Shown one piece after another: positions 9,352-17,700 of a stretch of 20,000 nt of DNA. The notes below the pieces were generated by a model. The model was not told where the DNA came from. It searched no databases and saw nothing but the letters and a program-made list of their open reading frames with translations. Position 1 is the first letter of the stretch, and every line of letters starts with the position of its first letter. A program made the translations under genes and the position numbers. Origin of the DNA: Anaerolineae bacterium (lineage in GTDB: Bacteria > Chloroflexota > Anaerolineae > B4-G1 > DUEL01); the NCBI GenBank assembly GCA_041082215.1, contig JBDOIF010000171.1, positions 55,300 to 75,299 of the forward strand, written 5' to 3'.

Positions 9352-10296
9352 TCACTCTCCCCCGTCGAAGCCGATCCGTTCCCGGACGGTATAGAGAGGA
9401 CGGCCGCGCACTTCGTCGTAGATGCGGACCAGGTACTCGCCGAGGATCCCCAGGAAGATCAACTGCGTGCCGCTCAGGATGAGGGCAACGGTGAGCATCA
9501 GCCCCTGCCCGGCCAGGGGGGCGCTGCCGGTCAGGCGGACCGCCAGCAAAGCCAGACCCAGCAGGAGACCCAGCCCGATCAGCACAAAACCGCAGATCCA
9601 GGCCAGCCGGAGGGGGATGTCGGAGAAGCCGGTGATGGCGTCCAGGGCCAGGCGGAACATTTTGCGGAACGGGTACTTGGTCTCGCCGGCAAAGCGGGGA
9701 TGACGGACATAGGGGACGCCGATCTGGCGATAGCCCACCCAGGAGGTCATCGCCCGGATAAAGCGGCGACGCTCCCGCATACGGCGCAGGTCCTCGATCA
9801 CCTGCCGGTCCAGCAGGCGGAAATCGCCCGCCTCCATAGGGATCTTCACGTCGGTGAGGGCGGAGATGAGACGATAGAAGAGCCGGGCGGTGAAGAGCTT
9901 GAACCAGGTCTCCCCCTCCCGCTCGGCCCGCACCCCGTAGACGACATGGTAGCCCTCCCGCCATCGGGCAATCAGCTCCGGGATCACCTGGGGAGGGTCC
10001 TGAAGGTCGCAGTCTATTGTGATAACAGCCTCCCCCCGGGCGTGGTCCATCCCGGCGGTGATGGCGATCTGGTGGCCGAAATTGCGGGCGAAATCCACAA
10101 TACAGACGCGGGGGTCCTTCTCATGAAGCTCCCGCATCACCTGACCCGTGCGGTCCGTGCTGCCATCGTTGATCAGGACCAGCTCCCAGGATTCTCCCAG
10201 GCCATCCATCACCTCCCGCACCTGCCGGTAGAACTCGGGGAGGGTCTCCTCCTCGTTGTAAGCTGGGGCGACAACGGAGAACTTGGGTCGGCTCAT
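9352..10296 (-). CDS. GT2 polyprenol-phosphate glycosyltransferase (GtrB/YkoT/DPM1-like)
   Basis: SVVAPAYNEE, INDGSTD, RNFGHQIAITAG, DxD motif IDCDLQDPP, GDFRLLDR, two C-terminal TM helices and LGILGEYLVRIYDEVRGRPLY. Confidence 0.92.
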   Translation of the reverse strand: MSRPKFSVVAPAYNEEETLPEFYRQVREVMDGLGESWELVLINDGSTDRTGQVMRELHEKDPRVCIVDFARNFGHQIAITAGMDHARGEAVITIDCDLQDPPQVIPELIARWREGYHVVYGVRAEREGETWFKLFTARLFYRLISALTDVKIPMEAGDFRLLDRQVIEDLRRMRERRRFIRAMTSWVGYRQIGVPYVRHPRFAGETKYPFRKMFRLALDAITGFSDIPLRLAWICGFVLIGLGLLLGLALLAVRLTGSAPLAGQGLMLTVALILSGTQLIFLGILGEYLVRIYDEVRGRPLYTVRERIGFDGGE

Positions 10297-10335
10297 AGAA
10301 CTACCCCTGCTTCCTCATGATCTTCATCTGTGCCA

Positions 10336-10364
10336 AGTATACTTCCTTTCCTGCTCTCAGGCAA
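10336..10364 (-). promoter_or_regulatory. Putative sigma70 promoter TTGCCT-N17-TATACT for the GT2 gene
   Basis: Plus-strand AGGCAA (10359-10364) and AGTATA (10336-10341) are exactly 17 nt apart and about 40 nt upstream of the ATG at 10296. Confidence 0.55.
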
Positions 10365-10380
10365 CTCGTGGCGTGCAAAA

Positions 10381-10526
10381 AGGTGTATTTCAGTTCGGGG
10401 CGAGATGTCCCTGGCCCGGGCCGGACCTGGGGAAACACGAATGGCGCGAATGGAAACAAATACCGCGAATGGAGCAGGGATCCCTCCTATCCAGAGGACC
10501 ACTCGCCCCGAAATTGAATTACGCCC
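10381..10526. mobile_element. MITE-like non-autonomous element (146 bp) with imperfect terminal inverted repeats and a 9-bp target-site duplication
   Basis: Left end AGGTGTATTTCAG-TTCGGGGCGAGATGTCC-CTGG vs reverse complement of right end GGGCGTAATTCAATTTCGGGGCGAGTGGTCCTCTGG (28/36 identical). CGTGCAAAA flanks both sides directly (10372-10380 and 10527-10535). Confidence 0.7.
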
Positions 10527-10527
10527 C

Positions 10528-10555
10528 GTGCAAAATTTGCCTTCTGTGCTACACT
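10528..10555 (+). promoter_or_regulatory. Putative promoter for the cyclase operon (GTGCAA-N16-TACACT with TGTGn extended -10)
   Basis: TGTGCTACACT at 10545-10555, 20 nt upstream of the ATG at 10575. Confidence 0.5.
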
Positions 10556-10574
10556 AGGAAAAGAGAGACGGCAA

Positions 10575-13500
10575 ATGGTAGGAGATGAGACTGCCGGCCA
10601 GGATCTCCTTCGGTACCTGCCTTCCGGCTGGGAAGCGGGGGTTTCGCTTCCACTCCCGCCAGCCGCTGCCGCCCAGGTCCGGGACCATCTGGCGACCCTT
10701 CTCCATACGGTGGCCACCTATCTCCCCCGCTGTGTGGTGGAGCCGATCCTCCTGGCGCCGCCCAGGGAGCCGGTCCACGGGCTGTTCCGCTGGGGGACGG
10801 TCCTCTTTGCCGATGTCTCCGGCTTCACTGCCCTCTCCGAACAGATGCGGCGCTCGCGCCTGGGGAGGGAGGGGGCAGAGGCGATCACCGACGTCGTCAA
10901 CCGGTACTTCGGGGTGATGACCGGCATCGCGCAGCGGCATGGGGGCGACTTGCTGAAGTTCGGCGGCGATGCCATCCTGCTCCTGTTTGAGGGGGAGGGG
11001 CATGCGTGGAGGGGATGCCTGGCTGCTGCAGAGATGCAGACGGCGATGTCCACCGACCTTTCGGAGGCAGGCATTGCCGAAACCCCGATCTCCCTCCGCC
11101 TGGCGATCGGGCTGGGCACAGGCCCCCTCTTCACCGCTAGCCTGGGCACCGCTGAGAGCCTGGAGTTTGCCGTCCTGGGGCCAGCCCTGGAACGGATGGG
11201 CCGGGCCGAGAGCATGGCCGCCGGAGGACAGATCGTGCTCGACGAGGCCACCCTCCAGGCCGCTGGAAGGCTCCCCGTCACCCCCGCCGACCAGGCAGGG
11301 TACTTCCGCCTGGAGACGGCGAAGCTGGCCCACGACTTCTGCCTCGATCCGGCCTCCGCGCCGGACATCCCCCTCCCTCCCGGGGATGCCCACACCCAGA
11401 TCGCCTGGCTCGTCGCCCGGCTCGACGCCCTTACCCCTTATCTCCCCCCCGGCCTGTTGCGCCGCCTGCAGGCAGACCCCGCCCAGCCGCGCGCGCTGGA
11501 CGAGACCCGCTGGGTGACGGTCCTCTTTGCCGACATCCCGGGGGTGAACGCGCTGGTGGAGTCGCTCCGCGACCGTCCTCCCGACGAGTTGACCGCCCTG
11601 CTCAACGGCTATTTCACTGCGATGCGGGACTGCGTCGAGTGCTATGAGGGAGTTGTCAACAAACTGGGCGTCAGCCCGGTTGGGCTGCATATCATGGCCC
11701 TCTTCGGCGCGCCGCTTGCCCACGAAGACGACCCCGAGCGGGCGGTGCTGGCGGCGCTGAATATGCGGGCTGCGCTGGAACAGGCCGGCTTCCGGGTGGG
11801 GGAGGGAGCGGCATCCGGCCACGGCATCGGCGTCAATACCGGCTTCGTCTTCGCCGGGAATGTGGGGATGGCCGGCCGCCGTGAGTACACCGTGATGGGG
11901 GACGAGGTTAACCTGGCCTTCCGTCTGATGACCGCTGCTTCCCCCGGAGAGGTGCTGATCAGCCGGACAACCGCTCACTATGTGGAGGAACGGGTGCAAC
12001 TGATGGCCTGCCCTCCCATCCATGTCAAGGGCAAGGCTGACCCAGTGGCCCATTACCGCGCCCTCGCACTCCAGACAGGCCTGGAAGCGGGTCTGGGCCG
12101 CCGCTGGGAGGGGCCGCTGGTGGACCGGGAGGAGGCGATGGCCCGGATTCGCCAGGCGCTGGATGCGGTGGGGAACGGAGAGGGCCGGGTGGTCGTGGTG
12201 CGCGGCGAGGCCGGCATCGGCAAGTCCCGCCTGGTCGGCGAGGGGATGGAACTGGCCCGCCAGCGGGGTTTCCTCATCCTGGCAGCGACCAGCCTCTCCT
12301 ACGGGCGGGATACCCCTTACCTGCCGTGGGCCGAACTGCTGCGGGCACTGCTGGAGATTCGAGAAGGGGAGCCGCCGGATGAGCAGATAAGGCGGGTCCG
12401 GGCCGGGCTGGAGCGGCTGGGAGCCGAAGAATGGGCCCCGGTGCTCGGCGAGGTGCTCGGCCTCCCCGTAGAGGATACCCCCCTCACGGCTGCCCTCACC
12501 CCCCATCTGCGCCAGCAACGATTGTTCGACCTGACCCTGGCGCTGATCCGCCACCGGGCCACGCCTTCAGGATTGATGCTGGCGATGGAGGACATCCAGT
12601 GGGCAGACCCCGCCTCGCTGGACCTCCTGGACTATCTGGCCCGCAACCTGCGGGATATGCCGCTGGCCCTCTTTATTGTCCATCGCCCCGACGAACGGCT
12701 GGAGGGCCGGTGGCAGCAACTGAAACACTGTGTGGATGTTCTCCTGGAAGAATTGCCCCCTCCGGCCGTACAGGAAATGGTCGCCCACCTGTTGCAGGGG
12801 CTGGAAGTGCCGGAATCCCTCTACCAGATGGTCTGTGAGAAAGCTCAGGGAAACCCCCTGTTTGTCGAAGAGATCGTCCGCTCCCTGAAGGAGAGCGGCG
12901 CGCTGCGGTGGGACGACGGTCACTGGCTGATGGACACGCGGCTGAGCGCCACCCAGATCCCCGACACGGTCCACGGCCTGCTTCAGAGCCGCATTGACCG
13001 CCTGGTCGAAACCGACCGGCGGGTGCTTCAGGTAGCGGCCTGCATCGGGCAGACCTTTCCGGTGCAGACGCTGGCAGGAGTCTATCCCTATGGCGACCTG
13101 GGGAGCTCCCTCCCTCAGCGCCTGGAGCGGCTGACCGCTCTGGAGCTGACCGCTGTGGAGCCTTCCGCTTCCATCCCCACCTATGCCTTCCGCCACACCC
13201 TTATCCGGGAGGTAGCCTACGAGAGCCTGGCCTACGGTCGGCGACGGGAACTGCACCGGCACATTGGCGAACTCATCGAGCGGGAACGGGCAGAGACGCT
13301 TCCCCAGTGGTACAACTTGCTGGCCTACCACTTCTATCAGGGACAGGTCTGGGATAAGGCAGCCGACTACGGGCTGAAGGCCGGGGAGCTGGCCCGGCGT
13401 GAGTATGCCAACGAGGTGGCCCTGGCCCAGTTCCAGCGGGTCCTGGAGGCGGTAGAGGAAGGAAGGCAAACCAGCCTGGAGTTGACGGAGGTCCGCCTGC

Positions 13501-14753
13501 AGGCTCACGAAGCGCTGGGGGATGTGATGGCGGTGATCGGGGAGTACGATCAGGCGCTGGAGCATTACGAAGCAGCGAGGAAGCTGGTGGAGGATAGCCC
13601 GCCCGGCGAAGAGCGGTCCCGTCACCTGGCCGACCTGTGCCGCAGGACAGCCGAGGTATATGAGAGGAAGAGCGAATACGACACTGCTCTCCGGTGGCTT
13701 CAGCAGGGACTGGAGGAGCTGGGCCAGTGGGAGCCATTGGAGGCAGCCCGTATCTACCGCCTGGGGGCCGGGATCTACCATCGGCTGGGCCAGAACGACC
13801 AGGCCATCGCCTGGTGTCGGCGCAGCATGGAGATCGCCCGCGCCAGTCAGGATCCCCAGAGGGAGCACACCCTTGCCCATCTCTACTTCCTGATGGCGGA
13901 GATCTACCGCCGGTATGGGGACCTGAATGAGGCGGTGAAGTACGCCCACCAGAGCCTGGAGGCGTACCGGTCGCTGGAGGACCTCCTGGGGGCCTCCCAG
14001 GCCTACAACACCCTGGGAAATGTCTATTTCGAGGTGGGGGATTGGAGCAAGGCGGCCCGCTTCTACCGCCTGGGGATGGAGATCAAGGAGCGGGTCGGCG
14101 ATGTGTATGGACAGGCAGTGATCGCCAACAACCTGGGGGAGGTCCTGCTTTACCAGGGCGACCTGGAGGCAGCCCAGCAGGTCTACGAACGGAGTATGGG
14201 GATATGGGAGCGGCTGGGGGTGACGTTTGGGATCGCGGTGCTCCACAACAACCTGGCCGTGGTCCATATCCGGAGTCAGGAATGGGAGGATGCCCAGGAG
14301 CATCTCCGGCGCAGTCTGGAGCTTTTCAGGGAGATCGGCGTTGAGGACTGGCTGCCGGAGGTCTACCGGCATCTGGCGGAGGTGGCGGTGGGACAGGGCC
14401 GGCTGGACGACGCGCTGGCTTACGCCGCCGCCGCCCTGGACCTGGCCCGCCAGCACAAGATGCAGCTTGAGGAAGGGATCGCTGCCCGGATCGTGGGGCT
14501 GGTTTACCACCGGCTGGGACAGGACGAATGGGCCTTGCGGGAGCTCCAGAGCAGCCTGGAGATGCTGGAGGGACTGGATTCCCCCTACGAGGTGGCCCGT
14601 ACCCACCTTGCGCTGGCCCGGCTGTATGCCGACCGCAGGGAGAAGGATGCAGCACAGACACACCGCTCCCAGGCCATAGAGACCTTTCGGCATCTGGGGG
14701 CCAGGCTGGACCTGGAAGAGGCGCTGATGCTTGAGGTCCAGGACGGCGGATAA
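10575..14753 (+). CDS. Soluble adenylyl cyclase (sAC)-like protein: two class III cyclase domains + STAND/AAA ATPase + C-terminal TPR array
   Basis: C1: VLFADVSGFT...LKFGGDAIL. C2: VLFADIPG...VNK...ALFGAPLAHEDDPERA...REYTVMGDEVNLAFRLM. Walker A GEAGIGKS (12204-12227), Walker B LAMEDIQWAD, GNPLFVEE, RIDRL and YAFRH. Multiple TPRs (AYNTLGNVYFEVGDW, IANNLGEVLLYQGDL, LHNNLAVVH). No TM helices. Confidence 0.93.
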   Translation: MVGDETAGQDLLRYLPSGWEAGVSLPLPPAAAAQVRDHLATLLHTVATYLPRCVVEPILLAPPREPVHGLFRWGTVLFADVSGFTALSEQMRRSRLGREGAEAITDVVNRYFGVMTGIAQRHGGDLLKFGGDAILLLFEGEGHAWRGCLAAAEMQTAMSTDLSEAGIAETPISLRLAIGLGTGPLFTASLGTAESLEFAVLGPALERMGRAESMAAGGQIVLDEATLQAAGRLPVTPADQAGYFRLETAKLAHDFCLDPASAPDIPLPPGDAHTQIAWLVARLDALTPYLPPGLLRRLQADPAQPRALDETRWVTVLFADIPGVNALVESLRDRPPDELTALLNGYFTAMRDCVECYEGVVNKLGVSPVGLHIMALFGAPLAHEDDPERAVLAALNMRAALEQAGFRVGEGAASGHGIGVNTGFVFAGNVGMAGRREYTVMGDEVNLAFRLMTAASPGEVLISRTTAHYVEERVQLMACPPIHVKGKADPVAHYRALALQTGLEAGLGRRWEGPLVDREEAMARIRQALDAVGNGEGRVVVVRGEAGIGKSRLVGEGMELARQRGFLILAATSLSYGRDTPYLPWAELLRALLEIREGEPPDEQIRRVRAGLERLGAEEWAPVLGEVLGLPVEDTPLTAALTPHLRQQRLFDLTLALIRHRATPSGLMLAMEDIQWADPASLDLLDYLARNLRDMPLALFIVHRPDERLEGRWQQLKHCVDVLLEELPPPAVQEMVAHLLQGLEVPESLYQMVCEKAQGNPLFVEEIVRSLKESGALRWDDGHWLMDTRLSATQIPDTVHGLLQSRIDRLVETDRRVLQVAACIGQTFPVQTLAGVYPYGDLGSSLPQRLERLTALELTAVEPSASIPTYAFRHTLIREVAYESLAYGRRRELHRHIGELIERERAETLPQWYNLLAYHFYQGQVWDKAADYGLKAGELARREYANEVALAQFQRVLEAVEEGRQTSLELTEVRLQAHEALGDVMAVIGEYDQALEHYEAARKLVEDSPPGEERSRHLADLCRRTAEVYERKSEYDTALRWLQQGLEELGQWEPLEAARIYRLGAGIYHRLGQNDQAIAWCRRSMEIARASQDPQREHTLAHLYFLMAEIYRRYGDLNEAVKYAHQSLEAYRSLEDLLGASQAYNTLGNVYFEVGDWSKAARFYRLGMEIKERVGDVYGQAVIANNLGEVLLYQGDLEAAQQVYERSMGIWERLGVTFGIAVLHNNLAVVHIRSQEWEDAQEHLRRSLELFREIGVEDWLPEVYRHLAEVAVGQGRLDDALAYAAAALDLARQHKMQLEEGIAARIVGLVYHRLGQDEWALRELQSSLEMLEGLDSPYEVARTHLALARLYADRREKDAAQTHRSQAIETFRHLGARLDLEEALMLEVQDGG

Positions 14754-14766
14754 AAGGAGGAAAAGA

Positions 14767-17700
14767 ATGGGGAGGCACCGGTTGCTGAAGGGGATTGCGA
14801 TTGTTGGGCTGAGCGGGTTGATGCTGGCGCTGGTGGGGGCCGGGCTATCTACAGCCGATATGCCCCCTTCCTCCGCCGGTCGGGCAGATGCGGCGCCCTC
14901 CGTCACGGGCGCGGCCTCCGCCCAGACAACGGCCACGCTCCCGGTCGCCGCGGCTGCCTACGAGGGTAGCCCGGGCGGATGGTATGAACAGGCCGTCCCC
15001 TTTGTCGCCTACTCCGCCGATGGCCTGGAGACCAACCTCCACGTCCAGAGCCTCTCCGGCTACACTATCACTGCCTACCTGTACGTCTCCGCCGGTGGCC
15101 TCTCCACTACGGTCACCCGTACCATCCCGCCCAACGGGACCACCATCTGGAATATGAAGGAGCTGACTCCCATCCTTGGAGCCTCCTTCTCCGGCTCCGC
15201 CATCCTCGATTCCGGGCCCGATCCTGTGGCTGCCGTGGTGCGGATCACAGACCACAGCGGTGACACGGAGGGGCTGATGGCCTATACGGTCCCCGGAGCT
15301 GCTCAAAATGAGGTCGTTCTCCCGGCGCTCTACAGGAACTACGGGGGGTGGTGCTCCACGGTGGTCGTCCAGAACACGGATCGCTTCAGCTCTGCCAGAG
15401 CGAACATCTACCTCTTCGCCGCAGATGGCTCAGTTGCCTATGACGATAGCCCGGAGCTCGCCCCTATGGCCATTTACACGCTGAACCTCTGCCAGACCGG
15501 CTCGATCCCCTCCGGGTTCCACGGCTGGGCCTCCATCAGCTCCGATCATCCCACCGCCGCTGTGGTCATCAACAAGAATCCGACCACGGGCGGGGCCTTC
15601 GCCCTCACCGGCCAGTATAGAGAGAACCTCTCCACCTACGGCGTCCTCCCCTGGGCCTCCTGCCGGGGGTCGGCTGAGCCGCTGAATACGGAGTTCACCC
15701 TGTACCATGCAGGGATCGATGCCTTCACAGTGACAGTGGCTTACCACAATCAGACGAGCGGTTCGCTTGATGCGCTGGAGGAGCGGACCCTCGTGCCAGG
15801 GGGCAACGTCACCCACAGCCTGGCCGCCTACGAACCGCTCCCGGGGGGGTGGCAGGGGACCATCGTCTATAGCGGCACAGACTTACTGACAGCTTACGCC
15901 CTCAACGAGGACGGCCAGACATCGGCTGGCTACGGCGGCTTTCCCTGGCCAGAGTTCCGGGTCCATCTCCCCTACTTCATCTACTCCCCTGGCGAACGGA
16001 CTGACCTGCGGGTCTGGAACAGCGCCGATTTCTCCAACACTGCCTACATCTACCTCTTCGACCTCGCCGGCAACCTGGCCCACGAGTTCGAGATCGAAGT
16101 CCCTCCCTACGCTTCCTATATCCTGGATCCCAGCAAGCTTCTGGAAGGGTACTTCTTTGGCTCCGCCGTCGTCACGGCTGGCAACAACTTCTTTGAGACG
16201 GTCGTAGCCGACCTGGTCTTCAGCACCCCGTCCGGTGATACCTACGAGCCGAATGACATCTGGGAGATGGCCTACCCCATCCAGGCAGGGCAGCCATACT
16301 GGTCCTACATCAGTCACGAAGACGATCTGGACTGGTACCGGATCGAGATCACCGCTCCGGCAATGCTGACGGTGACGCTGGACAACCTTCCTGCCGATTA
16401 CGACCTGGTCCTCTTCGGCGATCTGGGCCAGCCGCTGGGGCCGGACAACCAGGTGCTGGGCGAGCTGGGGGACAACTCCGATATAGACGCCGCTGGCCGC
16501 ATCAGCTCCATCGGCCGTATCAGCTCCATCGGCCGCATCAGCTCCATCGGCCGTATCAGCTCCATCGGCCGTATCAGCTCCATCTCCGCCAACCCCAACA
16601 CAATGTCGGAGCAGGTGTCCACGATGGCCCTGGAGCCGGGCTGGCACTACATTCTGGTCCTGGGCGACAACGGAGTCCACGACCCGACCCGCTCCTACCG
16701 GCTCCAGGCCGAAGTCGTCCCCCTGACAGGGGGCAGTTGTTCGTGGACCCCCACTTACCCGATGGGTGAACCGATCGCCACCTATGTTGGCACCCCCACA
16801 GGCACCTTTCCCTACAGCGAACCCCTGACCCTGATCCTGCTCAACAAGCAACGGCTGGACGCCACCTACGGGATTACGGAGACGAACGCCCTGGTGAACG
16901 ATCTGCGGGCTCTGGCCGACCACCCACTGGTGCGGGGAATTGTGGTCCCGGTGGAAAACGACGATGTCATCTCCGACACCTACACCACATGGAATACAGA
17001 GTACTGTTCCCCTGGCTATGCCAACGAGGTCGCCAGGCAGATAAGGGAGCGGATCGTCCTCCCCTATTTCCAGGGTTACCCCTCCCTGCAATACGTGGTG
17101 CTGGTGGGAAGCGACGAGCAGCTCCCCCTCTACCGCATTCCTGACGAGACGCGCATCGCCAATGAGCGCACCTACGAAAGCAGCGCGTACCTGGACGCCG
17201 GTGCGGCCCGGGCAGCCCTGGCACTGGGCTACTACCTTACCGACGACATCTACGGCGACCCGACGCCGCTGGCGTGGCGCAACCGGTGGCTGGTGGTGCA
17301 GCGGCACCCGGTGGGCCGGCTGGTGGAGACACCGACGGAGGTAAGGGCAATGATCGGCTCCTTCCTCCAATCCGGTGGCGTGCTCACCGCCACCCGGGCC
17401 GTCGCTACTGGCTACGATTTCCTTTCCGATAGCGCCGCCGCCATCGGAGCCAGGCTGAGCGACCACGGCCTTGCTGTCACTTCCCTGATCAGCGAGACCT
17501 GGGACGCCGATGATCTGGAGTCGGCCTGGACCCAGGCCGTGCCGCCCAACGAGATCGCCTCCATCAACGCTCACTTCTCCCACTACGAGGCCTACCCGGC
17601 CCTCACCACTTCGGTTCCCTTATCCAACGCCGCTGTCGTCAATGCCCTCTTCACAGGCACGCTGGGCTTCTCGATGGGCTGCCATGCCGGGCTGAACCTG

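Noticed and set aside
10283..10588. Small ORFs in the GT2-cyclase intergenic region, including a faint resemblance to a GxxExxY C-terminus (KGVFQFGA)
   Set aside because: No convincing RBS or family motif. The region is better explained by two promoters plus the MITE.
10575..14753. Calling the STAND-TPR protein an Avs/CBASS-type anti-phage system
   Set aside because: The architecture matches the widespread class III cyclase-AAA-TPR signalling family. No cyclic-nucleotide effector, nuclease or defence-island context is visible; a defence role is not excluded but is unsupported here.
14731..14766. ORF-track start at TTG 14731 (likewise GTG 18837 and GTG 6032)
   Set aside because: Downstream ATGs at 14767, 18885 and 6014 have clear Shine-Dalgarno sequences, and the first two avoid overlap with the upstream gene.
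10554..14936. Long antisense ORFs (666 aa and 789 aa) opposite the cyclase gene
   Set aside because: Shadow ORFs expected from high-GC codon bias. They have no recognisable motifs, while the plus strand has clear cyclase, STAND and TPR motifs.
16495..16584. Possible CRISPR array
   Set aside because: The units are 18 bp, directly abutting with no spacers, in frame within a CDS, and there are no cas genes in the window.
15883..17583. 566-aa minus-strand ORF with (DGADTA)n, and the small ORF with (MELIRP)n
   Set aside because: These are alternative-frame readings of the same 18-bp repeat. Unit variation is synonymous in the GRISSI frame but changes residues in these two readings (T/A, I/M), supporting the plus-strand protein.
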